Assembly (NCBI RefSeq): GCF_964194155.1 | Contig: NC_135901.1 | Span: forward strand, 21,080,001 to 21,144,000 | DNA from: Cetorhinus maximus | Taxonomy: Eukaryota | DNA: 64,000 nucleotides | Reading direction: 5' to 3' | Part shown: positions 1 through 11,779 of the stretch, piece by piece | Layout of the letters: every line of letters begins with the position of its first letter | How positions within the stretch are numbered: position 1 is the stretch's first letter | Position numbers and translations under genes: made by a program | The notes under the pieces: model-generated | Told to the model about the DNA's origin: nothing | Databases searched by the model: none | What the model saw: only the letters and a program-made list of their open reading frames with translations

Positions 1-1420
1 CTTGTGACTGACCCTTCAACTAAGGGGAACAGCTGCTCCCTATCCACCCTGTCCATGCCCCTCATAATCTTGTGCACCTTGATCAGGTCGCCCCTTAGTA
101 TTGTCTCCTCAAACGAAAACAACCCAAGTCTATCCAAACTCTCTTCATAACTTATATGTTTCATCCCAGGCAACATCTTGGTGAATCTCCTCTGCACCCT
201 GTTCAGTGCAATCACATCCTTCCTATAGTGTGGTGACCAGAACTGCACACAGTACTCCAGCTGTGGCCTCACCAAGGTTCTATACAACTCCAACATGACC
301 TCCCTACTTTTGTAATCTATGCCTCGATTAATAAAGGCAAGTGTTCCATATGCCTTTTTCACCACCCCACTAACGTGCCCCTCTGCCTTCAGAGATCGAT
401 GGACACACACGCCAAGGACCCTTTGTTCCTCAGAACTTCCTAGTGCCATGCCATTCATTGAATACTTCCTTGTCAAATTACTCCTTCCAAAGTGTATCAC
501 CTAACACTTTTCAGGTTTAAATTCCATCTGCCATTTATTTGCTCATTTGACCATCCCATCTATATCTTCCTGTTGCCTAAGACACTCAACCTCACTGTTA
601 ACCACCCGGCCAATCTTTGTGTCATCCACAAACTTACTAATCCTAACCCCCACATAGTCATCTATGTCGTTTATATAAATGAAAAATAATAGGGGACCAA
701 GCACTGATCCCTGTGGTATGCCACTGGACAATGGCTTCCAGTCACAAAAGCATCATTCTGTCATCGCCCTCTGCCTCCTACAACTAAGCCAATTTTGAAT
801 CCACCTTATCAAATTACCGTGCATCCCATGTGCATTTTCCTTGTCAGAGGCTTTGCTGAAATCCATATAAACTACATCAACTGCACTACCCTCATCTACA
901 CACCTGGTCACCTCCTCAAAAAATTCAATCAAATTTGTTAGGCATGACCTCCCTCTGACAAAGCAATGCTGACTATCCCTGATCAAACCTTGCCTCTCCA
1001 AATTGGAAATAGATACTCTCCTTCAGAAATTTCTCCAATAGTTTCCCTACCACTGACGTGAGACTCACTGGCCTGTAGTTCCCTGGCTTATCTCTACAAC
1101 CCTTCTTAAATGGCGAACCACATTAGCTGTTCTCCAATCCTCTGGCACTTCCCCCGTGACCAGAGAGGAATTAAAAATTTGGGTCAGAACCTCTGCGATC
1201 TCCTCCCTTGCCTCCCTTAGCAGTCTGGGACATAAATCATCCAGACCTGGAGATTTGTCCACTTTTAAGCCTGCCAACATCTCCAATACCTTGTCACTCC
1301 CTATATCAATTTGCTTAAGGACCTCAGTCTCTCTCCCCGAGTTCGATACCCTCATCCTCATTCTCTTGGGTGACGATGGACATGAAGTATTCATTCAACA
1401 CTCTAGCGATGTCCTCTGGT
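1..1420 (-). mobile_element. CR1 LINE ORF2 (reverse transcriptase) fragment, degenerate
   Basis: Minus-strand ORFs carry KSPGLD, PEDWRTANV, SCLTNLIEFFEEVT, VYMDFSKA, GIPQGSVLGPLLF.IYIND and SKFVDDTK; broken by frameshifts. Confidence 0.95.
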
Positions 1421-1934
1421 TCCACCCATGGATTGCCCCCTTTGTCCCTTATGGGACCTACTCTTTCCCTGATCATATTGAATGGCAGAGCAGGCTCGAA
1501 CGGCTGAATGACCGATTCCTGCTTCTATTTTCTATGTTTCTCTGAACTTTAAATCAATATTGAAGAATACCTGGGACAGAAACAAACGCAAATTGTTAAC
1601 AATGAGCTGTCTATTGCCACCCTGGGTTATCAGCTCTGGTGGGAGATAGTATACAACACAGGACAACGTCCTTGGTAAATTGCAGCCTCTACTTTCCACT
1701 TGGCAGTACACATGATGCTAATTCCCTTTACATTGATGGTCTCGGTAAAGGTCAGTACACAGAGCAGAATGGATGGAAAGATCATGGCAAACTCCTTGTA
1801 AAGCTAACCCTCTCATTTCGGTTTTGTAGCCATCTTTCCACCCATTCTGCTTCCTGGTCCTTCACTCCACACAGCATCTTGGTCACCTGGTAGATTGTAC
1901 ATGCTTTTGTGGATAACAAGCTGCTTACAAAACA

Positions 1935-2090
1935 GAAAACAGAGAGAAGAGGTTAAGAGTAGCTACTCAGACTGGTAAAAGGTGGGACATGATGTTCCAC
2001 AGGGAGAAATGCTGGGACCACTGTTATTCAGTATTTACATAAACGATTTGGACTCAGAAATCAGAGCTCCAATTTTAAAACTTGGGAGCA
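1935..2090 (+). mobile_element. old CR1-type RT fragment
   Basis: Translates to ...DVPQGEMLGPLLFSIYINDLDSEI. Confidence 0.7.
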
Positions 2091-3207
2091 GAATTACAGT
2101 AAATCACAGGTAAGAATTCCCAATTAACAAATCTTTGTAGCATAGTTCATTAAACCTTTAATTCATTAGCTGACTGAACAATGACATGGTGAAGTAATTA
2201 AGTGATATATTTATTAATGTATCGATTAGTAAATTGGGGGGTACAGCTCACCCTGCAGAAGACTGCAATAAAAGCCTGGTATATAACATCAATAAAATAA
2301 GGAATTTATGGAAACGCTGTAAGTCCTTCTGTATCTGAAGATCAAATGAATGTTGTATAATTGTACCAACAGTTAACAGACTCCGATGAAATTCTCCATT
2401 TGTGGTTTTGCTGCAGAATTTAATCCAATTATTTCACTGCATTAAAGGTGCTATATCAATATCAGTTGTTCTTGATGTTGGCCTAAAATGACAGATTCAG
2501 GACTTTGAGGACTGTCACAAAAACTCGTTAAAAACTTCGCAGAATAATCACCGCAGTCATTTTTAAACTGGAGGCTTAATCCTGCCGTTTCATTTTCACT
2601 CAGGAACAGAGCACCGTTTTACACCAATCTCTGATTTAACAACACATTTTCATTCTTCCTGACTAGGTTGAACAATCACATTTGTAAAGGTGCCTCAGAG
2701 CTTTGAAACACGATGGTTACAAAGCAGATATCAGAGGGTCAGACTTACAGGGAGTTTATGATTTTCAATGCATTTTTGTATGTGACCTTTGACTCCACAC
2801 TACCTGGCTTTGGTCATCATTAGGCTGTGCATACTGCATAGAAGCGGCTGGAATACATTTCTTGAGAGACAAGAAAGACGAACATGGCATTTATCCCTCT
2901 CATTGTGACACCGAAGGATCGTGTTCAGGCTGAAGTTCTGTTCCTGTCGTATGATCCTCCCTCAGGTTACACTTACTGAGCTGCAACCAGGTGATGCTAA
3001 ACACTCAGGTGTGAAAGACAAAAATCTACATAAAATGTATTTAAAATAAAGCTTGACAACGATTTGACATTTACCCAGAATATTAAACAGCAGCCAGTTA
3101 TGTGGTTTATTAACATCAGCAGAAACAAACACCAATTGTCAGCATGAAAGAATTCAATCATGAACATGATTAACAGCAGCAACAACTGCAGAATCCAACC
3201 CCGACAG

Positions 3208-3800
3208 TCACTTATGAATTCGCTGATATGTCAGCCAGGAGCATGACTGAGTGAATCCCCTCCCATACACAGAGCAGGTGAACGGCCACTCTCCACTGTG
3301 AGTTTGCTGGTGTCTCTGAAAGCTCAATGAATGGCTGATTGCCTTCCCACACAGAGAACAAACGACTGAACTCTGTTCATTGTGAATGTACTGGTGTCTC
3401 AGAAGGTTGGATGAATTAATGATTCCCTTCCCACACACAGAGCAGGTGAACGGCCTCTCCCCAATGTGACTGTGTCGATGAATTTCCAGCTTTGATGGGG
3501 AAACAAACCCCTTCCTACAATCCACACATTTCCACAGTTTATCCGTGGTACCGGTGTCCGCGTGGCTATCCATGTTGGATGATCAGTTCAAACTTCGTCC
3601 ACACAAAGTTTCTCCCCACTGTGAAAGGTGCGATGCTTTTTCAGGCTGTGCAATTGTTCAAAACATTCTCCTTCTATATTGAAGCTTCAATGATATCCAG
3701 CGCCTGATGTATTGAGTGAATCTGTCAGGTTTTGATGAGGTGTTTGGTTTGAGTTTCCTGCCTGCAAATCCTTCCAAATGAATATCATATAATAGGAGTT
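3208..3800 (-). pseudogene. C2H2 zinc-finger pseudogene (ZNF copy 1)
   Basis: About 4 partly degenerate fingers with GERPFTC-type linkers. The family start codon is mutated to ACG (3544-3546). The family exon-start block lies at about 3700-3800. Confidence 0.85.
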
Positions 3801-3869
3801 TACAAAAGTCAGTGCAGGATGGAAATTCAGAACAACGAAATCCAGTTTATTTCCTTGTCATAATTTGAT

Positions 3870-4370
3870 CACGGGATATGGGCATCACTGGCAAGGCCAG
3901 CATTTGTTGTCCATCCCAAATTGTCCTTGGAAGTTGATGGTGAGCCATCGTTGCAGTCCACGTGGTGTAGATGTTTCTAGGAAGGGAGTTCCAGGATTTG
4001 GACCCAGTGATGCCGAAGCAACACTGATATATTTCTAAGTCTGACTTATGGCAGAGGAAAGATTATTGATGAATGGGCCTCAGCACTACCCTGAGGAACT
4101 TTGCAGCAAGTCTTGGCACTGAGATGATTGACCTCCAATAACCACAACATCCTCCTTTGTGCATCGTATGATTTCCATCCCGGTTCCCATTGAATTCAGT
4201 TTTACTGGGACCCTCGATCCCACTCAGTCAAATGCTGCCCTGATGTTAAGGGCAGCCAATCTCAACTCACCTCAAGAATTCAGCTCTGTTGTGCATGTTT
4301 GTCCCAAGGCTGTAATGAGATCTAGAGCTGCGTGGCCCTGGAGGAACCCAAACTACACACCTGTGAGTAG
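3870..4370 (-). mobile_element. LINE 3' fragment (CR1/L2-group family ending AAGGGCAATTAGGGATGGGC...)
   Basis: Reverse complement of the 3' tail seen at 26700-26780 and 42720-42790. Confidence 0.7.
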
Positions 4371-5529
4371 ATTTTTGGGGAGTAAGAAATCAGAATTGGA
4401 GGAACATTGTACTCACAAAATCAGAGAATTGTACAATTCAGAAGGAAGCCATTCAGCCCATCATGCTGGCTCCACTTTCCTGCCCTTTCCTTGTAGATGT
4501 GCAATTTTTACCAATTCAAGAATTTCTAACTTTTGAAAGCCACAATTGAATTTGCTTCCACCACCCTTTCAGGCAGTGGGATTCCGATCATAACAACTCA
4601 TGTCAGAATATTTTTCCTCATGTCACCTCTGGTTCTTATGCCAATTACCTTTAACTTGAACTGCCTTCTGATGCCGAAAACAGTTTCTTCGTAATAAATT
4701 TGCAAGAGGTCACAGAGATAGGGAGGGGTGACTCCATGGAGGGAATTGAGCAAAAGGATGAGAACTTTAAAGGTTGGAGCCACGAGGCATCTTCCCCAGT
4801 ACAGAATGTGGTTCAGTAATTACAGGAAAGATGTTTCTTTAATAAATAAATGTGTAGAAGGGTGGGATTTATCCTTCTAAGTATCACAAATTGTTCTACA
4901 ATGAAGGGGAATCAATATCTGTATCTTTAATTAACAGCAATGTGGAACGGGGGAAAGGAATGATCTTTAAAAACGTGGTCCACTTGGCACTGAAGAGCGT
5001 GACACTCATAATAGGAGCTCCAGAAAAACAAAATACTGACAAAAGTTAAACGGTTTTGTTAATAAAATAAAATTGAGTTATTTTTTAAAAGATAAATTGT
5101 TTACCAGGGGTTCACACTGACTCATTTGACTGGTTAACTCAGAATCCAGCGCTCCAGCCAGGCAATTTGTTACAGAACTCACTGCTCCCTTGGTCCACTG
5201 GCCTCTGAGCTCCACATCCTATTGGTTCCCTAGGACAATCAATCACAACTGGCCAATATTACACAGCCAGATGGAATTCAGGGGTTGCGAGGGTGTAAAA
5301 AAACATTGAGGCTATCAATCCGAGTTAAGAAATAAAATCAGATGAACATTTTTTTTAAACAAAAGCAAACCATTTAAAAATAATCAAATGAATTATTGTT
5401 GTGAACGTATGCATTTTACGAGAGACTGGCAGGGAGTGGGAGTGGATAATGATCACTGCTTTATGCTGTTCTATTATTCAATGATTACGACACATGAACT
5501 TTCCCTCCGATGAACATAGAAAAGACGGT

Positions 5530-7790
5530 AAAAACAAAAAGCTAAAAGCTACTGCGGATACTGGAAATCCAAAACAAAATAAAAACAGAATTACCTGGAA
5601 AAACTCAGCAAGTCTGGCAGCATCGGCGGAGAAGAAATCAGTCAACATTTCGAGCCCTCATGGCCCTTCGGCAGAACTGAAGCATAGTTTCAACAAGGGA
5701 GAAATATAAATTGGTTTAAGGTGGGTGGGGGGGGAAGAGACACATTGAGGGTGTGGTGTGAGCAGATAATCAAAAGATGTCAGAGACAAAAGGGTCAAAG
5801 AGATGTTGAAGGTGGTGGTCTTTGTCTGAGAAAAGTGCTAATTAAGAATGGAAGACAGGATATTCAAAGTACAGCTCTAGTGGGGGTGGGGTGGAAAGAC
5901 TAAAGGTTTTAGTTTTAGATTTAAAAATAATGGAAATAAGTGGGGAAAGAAGAATCTATATAAATTATTGAAAAAAAAGGCGGGTGTGGGGGGAAAAGAA
6001 ACGGGGTGGGGATGGGGGGAGGGGGAGTTTAAGATCTAAAGTTGTTGAATTCAATATTCAGCCCAGAAGGCTGTAAAGTGCCTAGTCGGAAGATGAGGTG
6101 CTGTTCCTCCAGTTTGCGTTGAGCTTCACTGGAACAATGCAGCAAGCCAAGGACAGACATGTGGGCAAGAGAACAGGGTGGAGTGTTAAAATGGCAAGCG
6201 ACAGGGAGGTTTGGGTCTTTCTTGCGGACAGACCGCAGGTGTTCCGCAAAACGGTGGCCCAGTTTGCGTTTGGTCTCTCCAATGTAGAGGAGACCGCATT
6301 GGGAGCAACGAATGCAGTAGACTAAGTTAGGGGAAATGCAAGTGAAATGCTGCTTCACTTGAAAGGAGTGTTTGGGCCCTTGGACGGTGAGGAGAGAGGA
6401 AGTGAAGGGGCAGGTGTTGCATCTTCTGCGTGGGCATGGGGAGGTGCCATAAGTGGGGGTTGAGGAGTAGGGGGTGATGGAGGAGTGGACCAGGGTGTCC
6501 CGGAGGGAACGATCCCTACGGAATGCCGTCAAGGGGGGTGAAGGGAAGATGTGTTTGGTGGTGGCATCATGCTGGAGTTGGCGGAAATGGCGGAGGATGA
6601 TCCTTTGAATGCGGAGGCTGGTGGGGTGATAAGTGAGGACAAGGGGGACCCTATCATGTTTCTGGGAAGGAGGAGAAGGCGTGAGGGAGGATGCACGGGA
6701 TATGGGCCGGACACGGTTGAGGGCCCTGTCAACGACCATGGATGGAAAACCTCGGTTAAGGAAAAAGGAGGACATGTCAGAGGAGCTGTTTTTGAAGGTA
6801 GCGTCATCAGAACAGATGCGACGGAGGCGAAGGAACTGAGAGAATGGGATGGAGTCTTTACAGGAAGCGGGGTGTGAGGAGCTGTAGTCGAGGTAGCTGT
6901 GGGAGTCGGTAGGCTTGTAATGGATATTGGTGGACAGTCTATCATCAGAAATTGAGACAGAGAGGTCAAGGAAGGGAAGAGAAGTGTCAGAGATGGACCA
7001 TGTGAAGATGATGGAGGGGTGGAGATTGGAAGCAAAATTAATAAATTTTTCCAGGTCCCGACGATAGGGTCCCCCTCTACATTGGAGAGACCAAACGCAA
7101 ACTGGGCCACCGTTTTGCGGAACACCTGCGGTCTGTCCGCAAGAAAGACCCAAACCTCCCTGTCGCTTGCCATTTTAACACTCCACCCTGTTCTCTTGCC
7201 CACATGTCTGTCCTTGGCTTGCTGCATTGTTCCAGTGAAGCCCAACGCAAACTAGAGGAACAGCACCTCATCTTCCGACTAGGCACTTTACAGCCTTCTG
7301 GGCTGAATATTGAATTCAACAACTTTAGATCTTAAACTCCCCCTCCCCCCATCCCCACCCCGTTTCTTTTCCCCCCACACCCGCCTTTTTTTTCAATAAT
7401 TTATATAGATTCTTCTTTCCCCACCTATTTCCATTATTTTTAAATCTAAAACTAAAACCTTTAGTCTTTCCACCCCACCCCCACTAGAGCTGTACTTTGA
7501 ATATCCTGTCTTCCATTCTTAATTAGCACTTTTCTCAGACAAAGACCACCACCTTCAACACCTCTTTGACCCTTTTGTCTCTGACATCTTTTGATTATCT
7601 GCTCACACCACACCCTCAATGTGTCTCTTCCCCCCCCACCCACCTTAAACCAATTTATATTTCTCCCTTGTTGAAACTATGCTTCAGTTCTGCCGAAGGG
7701 CCATGAGGGCTCGAAATGTTGACTGATTTCTTCTCCGCCGATGCTGCCAGACTTGCTGAGTTTTTCCAGGTAATTCTGTTTTTATTTTGT
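5530..7790 (-). mobile_element. Penelope-like element (RT C-terminus + GIY-YIG endonuclease) with inverted 3' duplication
   Basis: ORF 6029-7063(-) has FLDL, YKPTD, SQFLRLRRICS, NLVYCIRC..C..LYIGETKR and GLN. 7073-7789 is the reverse complement of 5575-6290. Flanks ATAGAAAAGAC(G/A)GT at 5516-5529 and 7791-7804. Confidence 0.95.
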
Positions 7791-7819
7791 ATAGAAAAGA
7801 CAGTCCTTAATATCCAGAA

Positions 7820-8350
7820 TACACGGCGCGGGGTAATACGACCTATCTCTGAGAGAGTGGCCGCATTGCGCAGATGTGGGAAGGTCCCGCCCCCGGAAAC
7901 AGTCGAACTGCGCTGAGCATGCGCGGTGCGGCTCCCAGAAGCTGAGCGGGACGAGCGCAGCCTCAGCAACAGTGAAGAAACATCATAAACTGATAGGTAG
8001 TTCCAACGGCGGGGGTTATACCCAGCATTCCGAGCGGGGGGAGAAGGTCCTCTGTCCTCGCAACAGAAGACCTGAACGCATGCGCAGTTCCACTGAGTGT
8101 TCCGAGCATGCGCAGGGTGAGTGTTGATGCTGGGGAGATGTTTGTTTGTCGCTCGGCAGCGGGGAGGGGAACCGGCGGTTAGGCGGCCTCTGTTCACCCG
8201 GTGTAGGCCGCGAAATCCGACAAAAGACCTGCAGCTGCCGCGTTTGCAGCGGGGCTTTTTCCCGGATTAAGCCCGCGTTCACGGCCGCCATCTTGTTTGC
8301 GCTTGGAGCGGGGGAATGATGGGTCATTTTGGTGACGCAGGGCGGGGCTT
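7820..8350 (+). promoter_or_regulatory. CpG-island promoter and non-coding first exon of ZNF copy 2
   Basis: CpG-rich. NRF1-like GCATGCGC motifs at about 7917, 8078 and 8106; splice donor GTGAGT at about 8117; YY1 motif GCCGCCATCTT at 8284; GC box at about 8340. Confidence 0.75.
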
Positions 8351-9014
8351 CAGGGTCCCAGTGACTAGGAGAGAAAATAATTGATTCATTAATTTTATTC
8401 TCAGTCTGTGCGCAGGGGCTGGAAAACAATCCAGGCTTAGTAAAGGGAGGGGAAAAATTGGGAGTGGAAGAAAGAAATGGTAACAGATAGTGCGATGGGT
8501 TGGAACTTCAGCACGGGTATGGGAGAGTGTGTGAGACGGGAATGTTCAGTTTTGGGGGAACATAAGAAGAAAATTGTTTCACAAAAACTTGATTTGTCTG
8601 TTACGATTTTTTCCTGCACTGAGAGTGATGACTTTTGTAAACACATTTTACAGGACAATTAAAGAAGGACGATTTACAGACGGGAAACTCAAACCAAACA
8701 TTACATCAACATCTGACAGTCATTCAATCATCAGGACCTGAATATCATCGGCCTTTGGATGTGGAAAGAGAAATGTTTGTCTGTTCTTTCTTTGGGAAAA
8801 GATTTCAAATATCAGTGTGATTGGAAAAGCACCAAGACACACTCACACCCGAGTGAGAGTGTTCCAGTGCATTGACTGTGGAAAGAGAATTAACAAGTTA
8901 CACAGCCTGAAACAACATCACACAATTCGCAGTGGCAGGAACCATACATTTGTTCTGTGTGGACAAGGCTTCAATTGATTTTCCAACCTGGAGAGACACA
9001 AGAACACCCATACC

Positions 9015-9761
9015 ATGGAGAAACAGTGGAAATGTGAGGACTGTGGGAAGGGATTCAATTATCGATGCCTGTTGGAAACTCATCAACGCATTCACACTGG
9101 AGAGAGACCGTTCACCTGCTCTGAGTGTGGGAAGGGATTTACTCAGTCAGCTGGCCTTATGTTACACCAGCGAATTCACACTGAAGACAGACCATTCAGC
9201 TGCACTGCTTGTGGAAGGAGGTTCAGGCATTCTTCCACCCTCATCGCACATCAACGGGTTCACACTGGAGAGAAGCCGTTCACATGCTCCGTGTGTGGGA
9301 AGGGATTCACTCAATCAGCTGGTGTCATGTTACACCAGAGAATTCACACTGAGGATTGGCCATTTAGCTGCACTTCCTGTGGAAAGAGGTTCAAGTCTCC
9401 ATTTAGTCTCACTGTACACAAGCGAGGTCACACTGGCGAAAGACCATTTATCTGCTCTGTGTGTGGGAAGGGATTCACTCAGTCATCCAACCTGCTGACA
9501 CACCAGCGAGTTCATACTCAGGAGAGACCATTCACCTGCTCCGTATGTGGGAAGGGATTTACTCAGTCAGCCAGTCTCATGTTGCACCAGCGAGTTCACA
9601 CCGGGGAGAGGCCGTTCAGCTGCTCTGTGTGCGGGATGAGATTCGCTCAATCATCCAGCCTGCTAAGACACCAGCGAAGTCACACTGAGGAGAAGCCATT
9701 CAGCTGCACTTCTAGTGGGAAGAGGTTCAGGAAGTCATCCACCAACAGTGCGAACCAATGA
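9015..9761 (+). CDS. C2H2 zinc-finger protein, 8 intact fingers (ZNF copy 2)
   Basis: Kozak ACCATGG start and tandem CxxC...HxxxH units with TGERPF/TEDRPF linkers. Two degenerate fingers continue to about 9854. Exon acceptor at about 8653. Confidence 0.85.
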   Translation: MEKQWKCEDCGKGFNYRCLLETHQRIHTGERPFTCSECGKGFTQSAGLMLHQRIHTEDRPFSCTACGRRFRHSSTLIAHQRVHTGEKPFTCSVCGKGFTQSAGVMLHQRIHTEDWPFSCTSCGKRFKSPFSLTVHKRGHTGERPFICSVCGKGFTQSSNLLTHQRVHTQERPFTCSVCGKGFTQSASLMLHQRVHTGERPFSCSVCGMRFAQSSSLLRHQRSHTEEKPFSCTSSGKRFRKSSTNSANQ

Positions 9762-10279
9762 CTTCACATTAGGAAGAGACCGTTCACCTGCTCTGTGTGG
9801 GATGGGGTTCACTCGTCATGGTACCTGCTGACACACCAGTGAGTTCACAAGTGACTGTAGGGGTTGGATTCTGCTGTTATTGCTGCTGTTAATATGGGAT
9901 GCACAATAAATGCTGTCTTATCCAAAGATGCCCACATCCCATGAATGAATAAAAAAAACTCACATCCAGGACTGTAACAGCCTCTATAATTGGCTGGAGT
10001 TTAATGTTCTGGACATGTCAGTGATCTTCAGGGCTGCAGTGTCCCGTTTTAAAAGCACCATTTGTGATCTTTCCCCTTAATTCAAGAACTCTCAGCAGGA
10101 ACTTATTTACAATAAAATTATGAACTTTTATTTCAACCCTAAATTGGTATTTGCAAAAACTACAATTCAGTGTTTGAAAGGTTTCACCGATTAACATCTC
10201 CCATTAGAAAGTGCTGATTAATCCTTGATGACAATTCTTACTGACTTTCACATTCTTCACAGTGACATTCTTCACATCG

Positions 10280-10900
10280 GCACCTCCATTTTGAAATAGA
10301 GGAACATTAAATAAAACAGTGAAATATTTTACAGGCACATCAATAAAAGCTTCATCAATCAACATTGATATTGATGAAGCTTAGAAATTATTGAACTCAG
10401 CAACTTCCAACAGCAGCAGCAACATTTGGTAAATGTGGAACCCACAACAAAGACTGGTTTGAGATCTGCTCAGCAGAGATAACATCTGTCATTGAAGCAA
10501 AAAGCAAAGCCTACCTGATGCACAACATTGATTGCTTAGCAAGCAGGAAGACACCAGCAAGGATGGAATTCCAGCTGAACTGCTCAAGCATGTAAAGTCC
10601 CATCTACTGCCACACCTTTATGACCTCATCCTTCTCTGTTGGAAGGGACGATCCGTTCCAGTGGAGATGTGTGAGGCAGAAATCTTCACATTATATTAAA
10701 ACAAAGGTAATTGAGGAGATTGCAACAACCTCAGGAACATCTCATTCCTTAGCCTCATGGGGAAGACCTTTGCTAGGGTCATGCTTAAAGACTTTATCTA
10801 CTTGCAGACTGAGTGTATCCAGAAGCATAGTTCAGTTTCTGTGCTTGCACATCTACAGTTGACATGATCTTTTCCATATGCAAGCTACAAGAGTAGTGTA
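10280..10900 (+). mobile_element. RTE-clade LINE fragments, degenerate
   Basis: DGIPAELLKH and KG..GDCNN.R.IS.LS motifs; homologous to 30520-30950. Confidence 0.7.
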
Positions 10901-11169
10901 TGATTGGTATTAAATCTAAAATGCTGCCAGCTTCTGTGCTGAGAAAAGTGAAACATTGTAATTGCTGAGCAAAAGCAAATCTTTAAGTATGAATTACAAT
11001 TTACTTGTAAAAATTGTAATTGTAAAAGCCATTGAAAAGTTTGATTTGCTACTGATAAGCTTCAACCTTGAAGCTATGTTTTGGATCTCACAAGCTGTGG
11101 GAAGTTGAAGCTCCATTTCTTGCCTGCTCTCAGCCAACCCGCTGCACATGGGACACGATCACCACCATT

Positions 11170-11490
11170 CAGCTACAACTGACAATGCCCGGATGATTGA
11201 CGGCAGCTCCAGACCAATCAGAACAGGGGGCAGGGCAGCAGGACCCAATGGCAGTGACTGGTCCTACAACCAATCGGAGTGAATGAGGGGCGGGGCTGAG
11301 TCCAGATCCCTTTCATTGGCTGAAACTCTGCATCATTTTGAAACCTGATTTGTCTCAAACTCCAGAAGAAAACTGGATCTTTCTGTTTGTGGCTTTAAAC
11401 AGATGAAATCCTGTGGGTGCGGAGCAAACATTTCAACATTTGTTCGTGAAATGGATTTATTCAGGACAGACAGCAGGGATTATTTGAGTG
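11170..11490. promoter_or_regulatory. orphan copy of a CCAAT/GC-box promoter block
   Basis: Several CCAAT boxes plus GGGGCGGGG; direct-repeat homolog of 37950-38245. Confidence 0.55.
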
Positions 11491-11779
11491 AATACTAAAG
11501 ATTTGAGAACTGAAATAATCTGTAGAGAGAGAGGAGAAAATTACAACAAAATAAAAATGAATATTCACATGAACATATGAATTAGGAGCAGGAGTAAGCT
11601 ATTTGGCCCCTTGAGTCTGCTCCGTAATTTGATAACATCATGGCTGATCTGATTGTGGTCTCAACCCTACTTTCCCAATAACTTATGACTCCATTTTTAA
11701 TCAAGAATGTATCTAACTCAGCCTGTGCTCTGGGGAAGAGAATTCCATAGACTAACAATCCTCTGAGAGAAATAGTGAA

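Noticed and set aside
6529-7322. Extra ORFs 6529-7245, 7019-7255 and 7077-7322, and the N-terminus of 6029-7153
   Set aside because: By-products of the inverted Penelope junction.
7655-8429. ORFs of 100-180 aa across CpG islands (also 37355-37840, 48807-49298, 63037-63725)
   Set aside because: GC-rich promoter DNA is stop-poor; there are no recognisable domains and many starts are non-ATG.
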